Virus record (IMG/VR): IMGVR_UViG_3300046501_000132
Location: 96,001-160,000 of that record
Reading direction: 5' to 3' (one strand)
DNA length: 64,000 nucleotides
From: a virus
Shown: positions 35,973 to 45,754 of the stretch, piece by piece
How the letters are laid out: each line of letters opens with the position of its first letter
How positions within the stretch are numbered: the stretch's first letter is position 1
Notes under the pieces: generated by a model
Seen by the model: the letters and a program-made list of their open reading frames with translations, nothing else
What the model was told of the DNA's origin: nothing
The model's database searches: none
Program-made: the position numbers and the translations under genes

Positions 35973-37004
35973 TTAAACTCCGTTAGGCCAATAGAGAACA
36001 GCCGAACCTTCAAAGAGTTTCCGATTTGTGGATGTCGACTGAACATAAATCACAAACGAACCGTGATCACCAGGATTGATCTTGCAATCGCCATAGTGAG
36101 GCAGACCCATCAGATCACGAGCAGCGGCACCTTCATACACAGCGCCGGACTTCTTGTCCTGGATGATGATCTTCTTGTAGTCCTGAACCTTCCGTTCGGG
36201 CTTCACCAGTTCATAGAAACCAGCGCCCTTGGTATAACTACCCTTGATGCGACGTTCACAGAAGTCCTTGATCTGATCGCCATCTTCATCTTCGGACACC
36301 GGCCAGATAGACACTTCCTTGGAAATATCGGTCAACACCTTCTTGACGTCAGAAGCCTTCACTTGGGACATATCGGTGTAGAAACTGGAAACCGACTTCG
36401 CACCCGAAGCCCGCGCCGCGTAGAAGCCCTTCATAGCGGTCGTGGTCGCTTGGGTGGCAACTTCCATACCACGAGCCGAATTGGTATCCCATTCCAGCAC
36501 ATTCCCTTCCGGTAGGCCAAGATCGCGCATCAAGCGAGACTTATAGCCGCGCGGAACCCGGAACACGAAGGTCCAGCGGTCGGTAGATTGCAGCTGTCGA
36601 ATCAGACGACCCAGCGACGCGCCGGTGTATTTACGCGAAGAATTGTCTTCCCCATCGGTCGTCACCATGATCAGAAACGAAGTGGTTTCATCGTTCACGT
36701 CCGGGACATCGTTAAATTGCTCGATCAGAACACCAACCGAGTCGTATAGCGGAGTGCTCGAACCATCGGCAGCATAGCTGGACAGCGGAGTCAGGGCGGT
36801 CACGCTCGACAGTTTGGTTTCAAAGACATTCCCAGCCGGACGGCCAGTACCACACTTCACCACTGATACAATCGTATCCTGGTTATGGGCAATCGCTTCT
36901 TCCTTGATCGAAGACACGTTTGCATTATAGTCACGCATCGCCGCCGTGGTAATATGACCCATCGAAGCCGAGTGATCCCGGCTCAAACCAATATAATTAC
37001 GCAT
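35973..37004 (-). CDS. von Willebrand factor A (vWA) domain protein
   Basis: MIDAS 'DHSASM', 'TPLYDS', 'TDGEDNSS', 'WTFVF'. Confidence 0.88.
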   Translation of the reverse strand: MRNYIGLSRDHSASMGHITTAAMRDYNANVSSIKEEAIAHNQDTIVSVVKCGTGRPAGNVFETKLSSVTALTPLSSYAADGSSTPLYDSVGVLIEQFNDVPDVNDETTSFLIMVTTDGEDNSSRKYTGASLGRLIRQLQSTDRWTFVFRVPRGYKSRLMRDLGLPEGNVLEWDTNSARGMEVATQATTTAMKGFYAARASGAKSVSSFYTDMSQVKASDVKKVLTDISKEVSIWPVSEDEDGDQIKDFCERRIKGSYTKGAGFYELVKPERKVQDYKKIIIQDKKSGAVYEGAAARDLMGLPHYGDCKINPGDHGSFVIYVQSTSTNRKLFEGSAVLYWPNGV

Positions 37005-37078
37005 GTTGCTTATTTTCCTTATTCAATACTAACAACTCACACAAAGAGAAAGCCGCTCGACAGGAGCGGCTTTTTGTT

Positions 37079-37144
37079 TTACATCTTCATGATGGCGTAT
37101 ACAAAGATCAGCGCCATGATGATAATGAAGACTTCGTTGGACAT
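37079..37144 (-). CDS. 21-aa single-TM peptide (MSNEVFIIIMALIFVYAIMKM)
   Basis: TAATG overlap with terD stop; terminator at 37049-37075 follows. Confidence 0.55.
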   Translation of the reverse strand: MSNEVFIIIMALIFVYAIMKM

Positions 37145-37749
37145 TAGTAGCCCGGAACCTTGTAGGCCTGGAAGAAGTCTTGCAGACCCTTGTTGAAGCC
37201 CTCACCAACCGCTTGCATCACCCACTCGCCGCTGCTGTTCTTCTTGAATTCCACGAACATCATAGCGGTGGCTGTCGATGCGTTCTCGTCCAGATCGTAC
37301 TCCGCGAGGCACGTATTGTTCACGTCGTAAATCTTGGCGTAGGCGTCATCCACCTGGCCGAAGTTTTGACGGCGATTGACTGCGTCGTGGATCGTCACGA
37401 TCACGGTAGCCCGCGAGGCTTCAGCCGGCATCTTGCTGAAGTCGACCACGATCTGTTCATCGTCGCCATCGCCATTACCCGAGCGATTGTCGCCGCTGTG
37501 CTTCGCCACGCCACCAGGCAGTTCCTTTTGACCGTAGAAGCAGACCCAGCCATCGTCAGCGGTCGGCAGAGTCAGCACACGGCCGAACGGGGTTCCATCT
37601 TCCTTGAGGATGAACAGCGTTGCGTCCAGGTCGAAGTCTTGTTGCGTGTCGAACTTCTTGGGAGTCCAACCCAGACCAATGGTTGCAACCTTCAGACCGA
37701 ATTCCTTGCTGAGATTCAGCTTACCACCTTTTTCAAGCGAGAGAGGCAT
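37144..37749 (-). CDS. terD: TerD-family protein
   Basis: 'SL.KG...NLSK', 'GLGW', 'FDLDA', 'HSGDNRSG.GDGDDEQI', 'TIHDA..R.QNFGQV'. Confidence 0.95.
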   Translation of the reverse strand: MPLSLEKGGKLNLSKEFGLKVATIGLGWTPKKFDTQQDFDLDATLFILKEDGTPFGRVLTLPTADDGWVCFYGQKELPGGVAKHSGDNRSGNGDGDDEQIVVDFSKMPAEASRATVIVTIHDAVNRRQNFGQVDDAYAKIYDVNNTCLAEYDLDENASTATAMMFVEFKKNSSGEWVMQAVGEGFNKGLQDFFQAYKVPGY

Positions 37750-37821
37750 TTCCAATTCCTTGTTACGTTTCGAGAAACGGGCGGGTTATCCGCCCATTAC
37801 ATAATTATACTGCGTTTCTAC

Positions 37822-38832
37822 TTACGCCGCTACTGCATTCGTATGACGATTAGCGATGAAGCTATGAACTACGGACACCGCCAGAATCGCCGCAGCAACC
37901 CCACCCGTCAGGATTTCGTGGATTTCGAACTTGGTTGCCAGGATCATCATCAGAGCCAGCGAACCGATGGACCAGAAGGCACCGTGTTCCAGGAACTTGA
38001 GCGAACCAAGCGTACCAGCATCGACCATATGAATCGTCATCGACCGGACGAACATTGCACCAATCGCCAGACCGAGGGTAACGATGATGATCTGGTCGGA
38101 GATTGCAAAGGCGCCAATCACACCATCGAAAGAGAACGAAGCATCGAGCACGTTCAGGTAGCAGAACATACCAAAGCCATTCGCAGCGGCGCCGGCAGTA
38201 TTCTTGCTTTCGAGGACATGTTGCAGCAAATGCACGAGCATCCAGGTCACCACACCAGCAATCGCCGCGTATTGGAATTCCATGATATGGTCGGTCGGCA
38301 CGATCATGATCGACAGGATCGCCAGAATGCCCATACCCACGAGTACCAGACCGAGCGTGCCAGCCTTACCCAAGAAGGTCATCAGCGGTTCGATACCAGG
38401 GATCCAGTGATGTTCCTTTTCTTGATCCATGAAGAAAGCCAGGAATACCATTAGCAGGAAGGCACCGCCATAGCCGGCAATCTTCGTATGTGCCGCTTGT
38501 ACCGTGGCAGCATAGTTGGCCGCATCCTGGAACGGTAGAGCGAAGGATTGTCCCAGACTCAGAGAACTCGTGGCGTACACGATCAGGATCGGGAACAGGA
38601 AGCGAACCGCGAACACGGAGAACAACATACCCCACGTCAGGAACCGCTTTCGCCACTTATCGTCCATATCCTTCAGAATTTTGGCGTTCACTACAGCGTT
38701 GTCGAGGGACACCGAGACTTCCAGCAGACCGAGAATCGCAGCGGTCAGTGCGCCGACCGGACCATAGAACCAACCGCATACCGCGATTGCAACGACCGTG
38801 AAGATCGCACTTGCTTTGTAATACTTGAACAT
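37822..38832 (-). CDS. TerC-like integral membrane protein (DUF475 type)
   Basis: 'LEVS.S.DNAVVNA.ILK.M...W..RFLTWG', 'LDASFSFDGVIGAFAIS', 'LEHGA.W.I'. Confidence 0.9.
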   Translation of the reverse strand: MFKYYKASAIFTVVAIAVCGWFYGPVGALTAAILGLLEVSVSLDNAVVNAKILKDMDDKWRKRFLTWGMLFSVFAVRFLFPILIVYATSSLSLGQSFALPFQDAANYAATVQAAHTKIAGYGGAFLLMVFLAFFMDQEKEHHWIPGIEPLMTFLGKAGTLGLVLVGMGILAILSIMIVPTDHIMEFQYAAIAGVVTWMLVHLLQHVLESKNTAGAAANGFGMFCYLNVLDASFSFDGVIGAFAISDQIIIVTLGLAIGAMFVRSMTIHMVDAGTLGSLKFLEHGAFWSIGSLALMMILATKFEIHEILTGGVAAAILAVSVVHSFIANRHTNAVAA

Positions 38833-38859
38833 TTCAGTTACCTTTGATGATTGAAGGGT

Positions 38860-39543
38860 TTACTTCTTGATCCAGTTGCAGAATTCCTCGCACAGCAGGG
38901 CTTCGTACATCACATCGTCGCTCGTTGCTTCCAGATCGGGGAAGGTCACGAAGCCCACGTGATCATACTTGTCGGCCATACGCTTCAGGAAATCGAAACG
39001 CTCACGACCGATGCCGATCAGTTGCACGTAGGTATTCGCTTCACCCAGGAGCACGATCTGCTTTTCGGCTTCGATGGAGGAACCTTGATCTTCACCATCC
39101 GTAATGAACATCAGGTATGACGGTGCATCAACGGTCTTCTTGCCGAACAGACCGCCGAGGAAACCCGACTTCTTGGCGCTGCTGTCCTTGCGAATCTGGT
39201 TCATCGCAATGGCGTATTCCGTACCGGACCACAACACCCCACCGGCTTCACGGAGGAACTTGTTGCTCACGTAGGAACCGAAGTCATCCGGCGTCACATC
39301 GTTCATCTTTTGGATGGACGAACCGAATGCGTAGGATTCGATGGATTGGTTATCATCGAAGCGCATTGCAACCGGAATCAGACGGTCCACCAGTTCCGAC
39401 ATCACACCGCTGCGATATAACGGGCGCGCCGAACCGGACACATCCAGCGCCATCTTGACAGCCAGCTTGATGTCGGTCGGAACCTTGCGCTTTTCCAGGC
39501 AGAGGCGAACCAGTTCTTGTTTCTTTTCGAGATTGAGAGGCAT
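38860..39543 (-). CDS. TerF-like vWA domain protein
   Basis: 'LDVSGS....Y.SG', 'FDDN', 'GT.YA', 'FITDG', 'Q.IGIG...F.FL'. Confidence 0.85.
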   Translation of the reverse strand: MPLNLEKKQELVRLCLEKRKVPTDIKLAVKMALDVSGSARPLYRSGVMSELVDRLIPVAMRFDDNQSIESYAFGSSIQKMNDVTPDDFGSYVSNKFLREAGGVLWSGTEYAIAMNQIRKDSSAKKSGFLGGLFGKKTVDAPSYLMFITDGEDQGSSIEAEKQIVLLGEANTYVQLIGIGRERFDFLKRMADKYDHVGFVTFPDLEATSDDVMYEALLCEEFCNWIKK

Positions 39544-39885
39544 TTACTTCTTTCCTTTGATTTCGCGGATCATATCCTTGATCCAGAGTTGGCGGTAGAT
39601 GCGAGCGTTTTTGCTGCCGATCTGTTTGATGCCTTGCTTTTCCAGCCAGTCGGTTACGTATTCAAACGGACCACCGATGCGGTTTGCGATTTCTTCTTTG
39701 ATTTCGTCGTAAACATGCATATATTGGCAGTGCCTCACACCGCGAGCACCCACGAGTTCATACACCGAGGATAGCAGAGCGCCACACACCGCCGGATTGC
39801 GATCTTCCTTAATGCGTTTCTTTGCATTTTCGAGAAGAGCAATTGCAATTTCTTGTTGTTTCTTCGTTTTGATGTCCGAGAACAT
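39544..39885 (-). CDS. hypothetical protein
   Basis: First gene after promoter at 39915-39943. Confidence 0.65.
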   Translation of the reverse strand: MFSDIKTKKQQEIAIALLENAKKRIKEDRNPAVCGALLSSVYELVGARGVRHCQYMHVYDEIKEEIANRIGGPFEYVTDWLEKQGIKQIGSKNARIYRQLWIKDMIREIKGKK

Positions 39886-39914
39886 TTTATTTCCATCGGT
39901 TAGTCGATAGAAAG

Positions 39915-39943
39915 ATTATACCTATATGTTCTATGGAAGTAAA
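39915..39943 (-). promoter_or_regulatory. early-type promoter of the Ter cluster (TTTACT-N17-TATAAT)
   Basis: Exact consensus. Confidence 0.8.
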
Positions 39944-39992
39944 TACCATTTCAGAAATAAAAATGCCCCGGCTATGAACCGGGGCAAATCAA

Positions 39993-40232
39993 TTATGTTT
40001 CCAACTTACTCAGCTTCAGGGGAATTCCCTTGTATGAATAATAAGACTTGCTAAAACTATGATATACATTAGCCAATCCATCTTCCATCAGCCCGGAGAA
40101 CTCTTCAAGGAAAGCCCTTGTCTCTTGTATATCCAACTCTATACACTCAACAGGATGATCTCTCATCCTCTGGACCATCTCATACTCTTTTGCTAATTCT
40201 TTAGCAATGTCAATCTTGTAGATAATACGCAT
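39993..40232 (-). CDS. hypothetical protein
   Basis: TAATG-coupled to helicase stop. Confidence 0.55.
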   Translation of the reverse strand: MRIIYKIDIAKELAKEYEMVQRMRDHPVECIELDIQETRAFLEEFSGLMEDGLANVYHSFSKSYYSYKGIPLKLSKLET

Positions 40233-41647
40233 TATCCAAAATCCCATCCGCCCGTACTAGGCGCAGCATCGTCACCAGCGCGACGACTAATCATTTGACC
40301 CGCCGACTGAGGTTTGATCTCGTTAGGAAGACCAAGTTCAGCCAGTTCCTCTTCAGACAACCCTGCCGCCTGACTATCTACTTCATAGAACTTCTGTTTA
40401 TCCGGATTCAACCCTAGAACAAACTTACCCTTATAGCTGCTATATCGGTTCTTGATGATCTTACCGATTACCATCCCTCGCGCCGCCATTTCTTCCGGAG
40501 TAAGAATTGCGAACATAAAGTCAGCAGTAGCAGCAATACCAATAGCCAGAGAGATATTGCCCATACCCGCATCTGATGCACCTTGAGTCGCTCGATCAAA
40601 CTGTACCGCAGTCCAGATCGGCACACCGGCTTCTTGAGCAAAGGCGCGAATCTCTTCAGCCACGCTCGTGAAGTACGTATTCGTGTTACCCTTGGCGCTT
40701 GCCGGCAGCTTCGAACTTGCACAGATCGTCAGATAGTCGATACAGATCATATCTGGAACGAACTTCTTCTTGATCTTCAGTTCTTGTAGAAGATGTCGGA
40801 AGTGACCCACGTGGGCCGTGCCTGCCGGGAATTCCTTAACAACCAAACGTCCTGCGGACTTACGCTTGAGCTCATTGATTCGGTTCATATATTGAACCTT
40901 CTGCAATGAGAAGACTTGGTCGAAAGTCATATCCATGTTACATACGTCAATTCGCTCACGACAAGTCATCTCATCCATTTCCATAGAAATGTACAAGACG
41001 TTCTTACCGCGCATCAACCATTCAGACGATTGCTGAATTAGGTGAATCGACTTACCACCATTGATCGGGGCGAGTACAACGTTCAGAGTCTTATCCTTGA
41101 TACCGTTCTTGGTAACTCGGTTCAGAATCTCTAGGGCGAAGGGGTGACGTGCATGCTCAGAGTGCAACGTATCATAATGAGTCTCAGAGTCTTCCCAGTA
41201 ATCGTGACCGATATGACTATCAAAACTAACCGATAGCGCCTCCATCAACATACCAGGAATAATATTAGGGTCGGCTTCCTTATTGTTACCTTCTGCAATA
41301 TCAATAGCTTTATACATTGCATTGAACAATGCCGAGCGTTTACAATGCTGTTCGGTCTCATCAACCAACCATTGGAACGAGGGTTCATCCGGGTCTTTAT
41401 CCATCCCCTTGATTACGCACAGAACTTCCTCAAAGAATCCCTCATGGAGATTCGAATTCGTGACCCCAATAGCTAATGCCTCCTTAGTTGGAGGTACGGT
41501 ATACTTCGAGACAAACTCTTTGATCTGCTTGAAGACAAACTTATCAGCTTCGCCACTGAAGTAATCTTCTTGCAAGAACGGCAGAACGGTTCTTAGATAT
41601 GATTCATTATGAAGCAAGTTGGTGAGGATAACTCTCTCGATGGCCAT
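40232..41647 (-). CDS. gp41: replicative DNA helicase gp41
   Basis: Walker A 'APINGGKS', 'VLYISMEM', 'VKEFP', 'DYL.ICASS', 'KNRY'. Confidence 0.95.
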   Translation of the reverse strand: MAIERVILTNLLHNESYLRTVLPFLQEDYFSGEADKFVFKQIKEFVSKYTVPPTKEALAIGVTNSNLHEGFFEEVLCVIKGMDKDPDEPSFQWLVDETEQHCKRSALFNAMYKAIDIAEGNNKEADPNIIPGMLMEALSVSFDSHIGHDYWEDSETHYDTLHSEHARHPFALEILNRVTKNGIKDKTLNVVLAPINGGKSIHLIQQSSEWLMRGKNVLYISMEMDEMTCRERIDVCNMDMTFDQVFSLQKVQYMNRINELKRKSAGRLVVKEFPAGTAHVGHFRHLLQELKIKKKFVPDMICIDYLTICASSKLPASAKGNTNTYFTSVAEEIRAFAQEAGVPIWTAVQFDRATQGASDAGMGNISLAIGIAATADFMFAILTPEEMAARGMVIGKIIKNRYSSYKGKFVLGLNPDKQKFYEVDSQAAGLSEEELAELGLPNEIKPQSAGQMISRRAGDDAAPSTGGWDFG

Positions 41648-42141
41648 TAAATGTGTCTCCACGTCTTTCGATTAACGATAGCAGAGATTGCATCTTGTCC
41701 AACCCCATACTTACTTGCTAGGTGCGTTTGCTTAGCCCCATCTTTATATTGTTCACGAATTTCTAGAACGTCCGCTTCAGTCAATTTTGCCCTACCATTC
41801 TTTGAACCATTTCCAGGATTTGTGTAATATTCGCCCCGTCTATCTCTACCGCGAAAGAACATATCATCCACATTATCCTGTTGAGTTCCCCAAACCAAAT
41901 GTCTCGGATTACAACAAGCAGGGTTATCACAACTATGTCTAGCCACCAACCCTTGAATATTGGAAGCTAGAAACAACGAAACCCGGTGGGCCGGGTAATT
42001 GCGATTTTGAATCCGTATCGAACCATAGCCGTTGATTTTTCCGGAGGTCCAATTCCAACATTCATTATCTGTTTTGATGTTTACCTTCTCCCAGAACCGC
42101 TTGATATCATTCTGAGTCAGTTCTGGTATAGGATTAGCCAT
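41647..42141 (-). mobile_element. free-standing HNH homing endonuclease
   Basis: 'RFW.KV...CW.W', 'AHRVS', 'H.CDNP.CCNP.HL..GT..DN..D', C-terminal HTH; AT-richer than its flanks. Confidence 0.9.
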
Positions 42142-42457
42142 CTTGCTCCTTAACCTTCGTTACTGAATTATACAGCAATAGCTCAGACAGATTCGTCATG
42201 AGGATATTACCGATGTAATCTACAAACTTTTCTGATCGGGTGTCGAGATTATTGCGATTCTCGAAAACCTCATAATCAAACTTTACTCTCAGAGAATCGT
42301 TTTCCTCCGAGAGATTAACCTTACCAAACTGAAAGAGCACACCAGGGTATGGTGACCGCTTAGTCAGTTTAATTTGATGGAACATTTCGTCCCCACGATC
42401 AATGATCTCATAATCATCGTCGTCTACTCTATCCAACCTTGCCATTCGTTTCTCCAT
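42134..42457 (-). CDS. conserved protein at the gp40 position
   Basis: Between uvsX and 41 as T4 gene 40; 'FQFGKV...L.FDYEV'. Confidence 0.55.
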   Translation of the reverse strand: MEKRMARLDRVDDDDYEIIDRGDEMFHQIKLTKRSPYPGVLFQFGKVNLSEENDSLRVKFDYEVFENRNNLDTRSEKFVDYIGNILMTNLSELLLYNSVTKVKEQDG

Positions 42458-42504
42458 AGGACAGCCGGGGATTATACCCCGGCATTACATATTCAGAATT
42501 ACGA

Positions 42505-43608
42505 TCAGCTGAGGATTTCGCCCGTTTCCGAATCTACCTCTTGATAGTCTGGCTTACGACCAACATCCTCTTCAACCGCAGTATTAGCCAGATCGTACTT
42601 GAATCGCACGTATTCCTTGAACTCTGCGTTCTTTACTAGGGCATCAAAGAAGTCCTGACGGTTTTCTTCAATATCCTTACGACGATACGACTTACCGTCA
42701 ATGAAGCCATCTAGGTTAAACTGATAGAAACCTTGTTTCTCAGACTTCAGATGTCCCGACTCCATAGCCCAATCGAACAGACCAGAATTCTGATAGATAC
42801 CGCCTTCATAGGTAACGATCAAGCTGAACTTAGACTTCTCACGCACATAGCGGGACTTGAAAGCTGTGTAGTTGAAACTCCAACCCTTCAGTTCCTTATC
42901 ATCCTTTACTTGAGCGCGGGTAACCATCAACACCACGTCAGAAGAAAGGAATACTTGTTTACCGCCCTTGATAGTCGGTTCGGCGTATTGATTAACCATA
43001 CTATCGTAGTATGAGTTGATCGCAAAGCACGGAATCTTCTTCAGCATCAGCTTAGGGGTGATGATACGGAAGAAAGAGTTGAGCTCACGAGCACGAGTCA
43101 AGTCGGCGGCTGCGTTTTCGTTCAATGCATTTTCCACTTCCTTCTTGGAAGCGATTTGAGAAATCGAGTCGATGAACACGAATACCTTACCGGCAGAGGA
43201 TTCGTCAATTTCATCTAGAGCCTGAGTCATCTTGAACTTCAGGTCTTCGATATTCTCTAGAGCGTAGTGGATAACCCGGCTTTGATCAATACCGCGAGCT
43301 TCAAAGCACTTCTTCGCGCCGAACTCAGAGTCAAAGAACAAAGCGATGTTCTCTGGATCTTCATCCAGGAAGTCGCCCATCAGGTCTACGCAGAAGTTGG
43401 TCTTGAAGGTACGCGAGTCCCCCACGACCAGATAGATACCGGGACGAACACCGCCGTCAATATAACCAGATAGCATCTGATTAATCAGCGGAGTCTTCGA
43501 ACGGAACACGATGTCCTTATCAAAGAAAGACGAACTGTCCAGAACCGTTACCTTGTTGTCCTTAGCGGCCTTCTTCAGAAGCCTGGACATGAGACTATTT
43601 GCTGCCAT
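42505..43608 (-). CDS. uvsX: RecA-like recombinase UvsX
   Basis: 'GDSRTFKT', 'FFDSEFG', 'IDSI..IASKKE', 'D.TRA', 'KSRYVREK'. Confidence 0.95.
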   Translation of the reverse strand: MAANSLMSRLLKKAAKDNKVTVLDSSSFFDKDIVFRSKTPLINQMLSGYIDGGVRPGIYLVVGDSRTFKTNFCVDLMGDFLDEDPENIALFFDSEFGAKKCFEARGIDQSRVIHYALENIEDLKFKMTQALDEIDESSAGKVFVFIDSISQIASKKEVENALNENAAADLTRARELNSFFRIITPKLMLKKIPCFAINSYYDSMVNQYAEPTIKGGKQVFLSSDVVLMVTRAQVKDDKELKGWSFNYTAFKSRYVREKSKFSLIVTYEGGIYQNSGLFDWAMESGHLKSEKQGFYQFNLDGFIDGKSYRRKDIEENRQDFFDALVKNAEFKEYVRFKYDLANTAVEEDVGRKPDYQEVDSETGEILS

Positions 43609-43652
43609 TTTAATTCCTTTTGTTTAAGTTTTCATTTTCATTTTCTTAGTGC

Positions 43653-44246
43653 TTAATGAATTGTATGCAGCGTGAGATCTTCAAGCAGGTCTGGGTCTAC
43701 CGCCTCAGCGAGTTGTTGAACGGTCTTGACTAGACCATTAACATTCACGTAAGAATGTAGATACGTTTGGAGCATTTCATAACGACGTTGAACAGCTTGT
43801 ACGGCCATCGTATTGGTACCCACCGCGTCAAGCACCCCATTGAACTGAGAAAGCGTAATTGAATAATTACGATTCTGTTCTTGAATCTTGTTATGGAGAT
43901 AGAGATTTTGTTGCTTGAGTACGGCAATTTCATTACCTTCCTCGACAACCACCTCAACTCTCGCATCACCAAAAATCATATCAAGGACATCTTCTTCATC
44001 CTCGACACAACCATCATTCACGGCATCAATCTGCACTAGACAAGTATTTAACTTATCGGTTTCGACACGTAGAGTCACCCGGCCCACCGCATAGGAACCA
44101 TTCGGGCCTTCAGTCGTCTCGACTTGCTTCTCACTTGCGTCGCAGTCCCAAGATTCGATATCAACATTGGCAGCTAGGAGTTCAGCATATTTCTGGACCC
44201 CCTCCAAATTCACGGCAGACAGATCTACGAAAAGTGTGGTCAACAT
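43653..44246 (-). CDS. hypothetical protein with C-terminal coiled coil
   Basis: AAGGA SD; 197 aa. Confidence 0.65.
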   Translation of the reverse strand: MLTTLFVDLSAVNLEGVQKYAELLAANVDIESWDCDASEKQVETTEGPNGSYAVGRVTLRVETDKLNTCLVQIDAVNDGCVEDEEDVLDMIFGDARVEVVVEEGNEIAVLKQQNLYLHNKIQEQNRNYSITLSQFNGVLDAVGTNTMAVQAVQRRYEMLQTYLHSYVNVNGLVKTVQQLAEAVDPDLLEDLTLHTIH

Positions 44247-44254
44247 ATTTGTCC

Positions 44255-44845
44255 TTAATTCAGGGTCAGCGGAGTTTCCTTGGACTTATCATAAGTCCCA
44301 GCTTGTTGTCCGCCTTCAACACGCTTTTGATTCTGAGCATTCTTGAGATAGTATGCCTTGGTGATATCGCCTTCATTCAGTCCGATCAGAACCGCGCCAG
44401 TCTCAATCAGATTGAGTAGGCTAATCAGCGCCCGGAATTCATTCTCATTATAGATTGATTCGATGAAGTTGTATTGGGCCTTAGCAAAGTACAGATGTTT
44501 ATCCTCATACTTCCCATACATAGTCGTTTCGACTTGTTCGTTTTTCAACAAGTCTTTGATATACGATAGATCGTTGTTCAGAAGGACAAGAAGCATCGCA
44601 AAATGCACAGCATCGATCAGTTCGAATGCCGCTTTGTCTTTGTCGATAGGGACAGCAAGCGCCTTGCCGGACCACCACTTCCAGGTCGAACGGATTTCCT
44701 CAGCGAACTCAGCAACTTCCGTTTGGAAGGCAAAGATCGCCTGTCCCTTCATCACAGTCTTACGCCATTCTGGACCGTTATACTTGATATTCAGAGCCTC
44801 TTGGGCTTCGAACATCTCAATCAGGTCCATCTTATCGAAAATCAT
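44255..44845 (-). CDS. dimeric all-alpha dUTPase/dCTPase family
   Basis: 'Q..LN', 'E.AE..E....WKWW', 'E.ID..HF', 'Y..KN..N..R...G..Y.K'. Confidence 0.88.
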   Translation of the reverse strand: MIFDKMDLIEMFEAQEALNIKYNGPEWRKTVMKGQAIFAFQTEVAEFAEEIRSTWKWWSGKALAVPIDKDKAAFELIDAVHFAMLLVLLNNDLSYIKDLLKNEQVETTMYGKYEDKHLYFAKAQYNFIESIYNENEFRALISLLNLIETGAVLIGLNEGDITKAYYLKNAQNQKRVEGGQQAGTYDKSKETPLTLN

Positions 44846-45399
44846 AGCGCTCCTTCTTGATGTATGAAGGAATAGAAGAAACGATCAAACTCAGCCGTCC
44901 CATTCATTCGATTAATGAATAGTTGATCATAATCCTTGAACTCACGAACATACTGTTCGAAGTCCGAAGGGGGCAGGCCATCCCGGCTTTCACGTTCGAT
45001 CTTCAGAACCGGGATACCAACGTCCTGAATGAATTCCCATTCCTGTGGAGTCCGGAAGTCCGTAATGATAAACAGCTTATCAGGATTATAGCACTCGTCC
45101 AGAGCGTTCCAGTTGTTATCTTCGAACTTATGAACAAAGAAGTGCGGATCAACGTCACGAACCTTACCGACCGTCAACCAGATTTGGCGTGGAGTTAGGT
45201 TATTCGGGTTCTGTGGATGTACAAACGGCAAATCCTTCTGCTCCGGGGTGATATCCATCGGGAGCCAAGGGAAGATTTGAGATGCAAGACGGCGCACCTC
45301 ATCCGAAAAAGAAAGGCGCACCGCGCCCCGAGTTGCTACCAGATGATCACAAAAGAAGTCCTTGCCGCTTTTGTATTCACCCATAAATGCTACGATCAT
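44842..45399 (-). CDS. deoxynucleoside monophosphate kinase (gp1-like)
   Basis: 'G..KSGKD', 'SF.D', 'TPRQ', 'IITDFR..QE'; own AGAGG SD. Confidence 0.88.
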   Translation of the reverse strand: MIVAFMGEYKSGKDFFCDHLVATRGAVRLSFSDEVRRLASQIFPWLPMDITPEQKDLPFVHPQNPNNLTPRQIWLTVGKVRDVDPHFFVHKFEDNNWNALDECYNPDKLFIITDFRTPQEWEFIQDVGIPVLKIERESRDGLPPSDFEQYVREFKDYDQLFINRMNGTAEFDRFFYSFIHQEGAL

Positions 45400-45726
45400 T
45401 TTGCCTCTTTTAACTTGATAACTCTCATCGTAGATCCATCGTTCCCTCAGGTTTTGCTCCTTGGTGATAAATCTACAATTTCCCACACGATAAACGCCTT
45501 CATCCCGATACCTTCCGAGTTGGTAAGAATCGGGTTCCAATCCAATTTGGTTCGCTCGCGTCAACCCGGCATCTACAGCTAACCGGGTGTACTGCTCAAA
45601 CGTCAACTCACATTGTCTCTGGAGCCTAACTGCTCGTGCCTTTAGGTTTTGCCAATTCTTTAACCAGGCACGCAGTTCGCTAGGATCCAGTCCAATGACT
45701 TTTAGATAGTTTTCACGAGCATCCAT
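45400..45726 (-). mobile_element. degenerate HNH-like endonuclease domain, in frame with the dNMP kinase
   Basis: 'W..LKARA......ELTFE.Y', 'R..D.G.Y.VGNCRFIT..QN..E'; no stop before kinase. Confidence 0.55.
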
Positions 45727-45754
45727 CAACGCCTTGACCTCAGCCCGTTTCAAC

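Noticed and set aside
37180-38454. 424-aa plus-strand ORF
   Set aside because: Antisense shadow of terD and the TerC-like gene.
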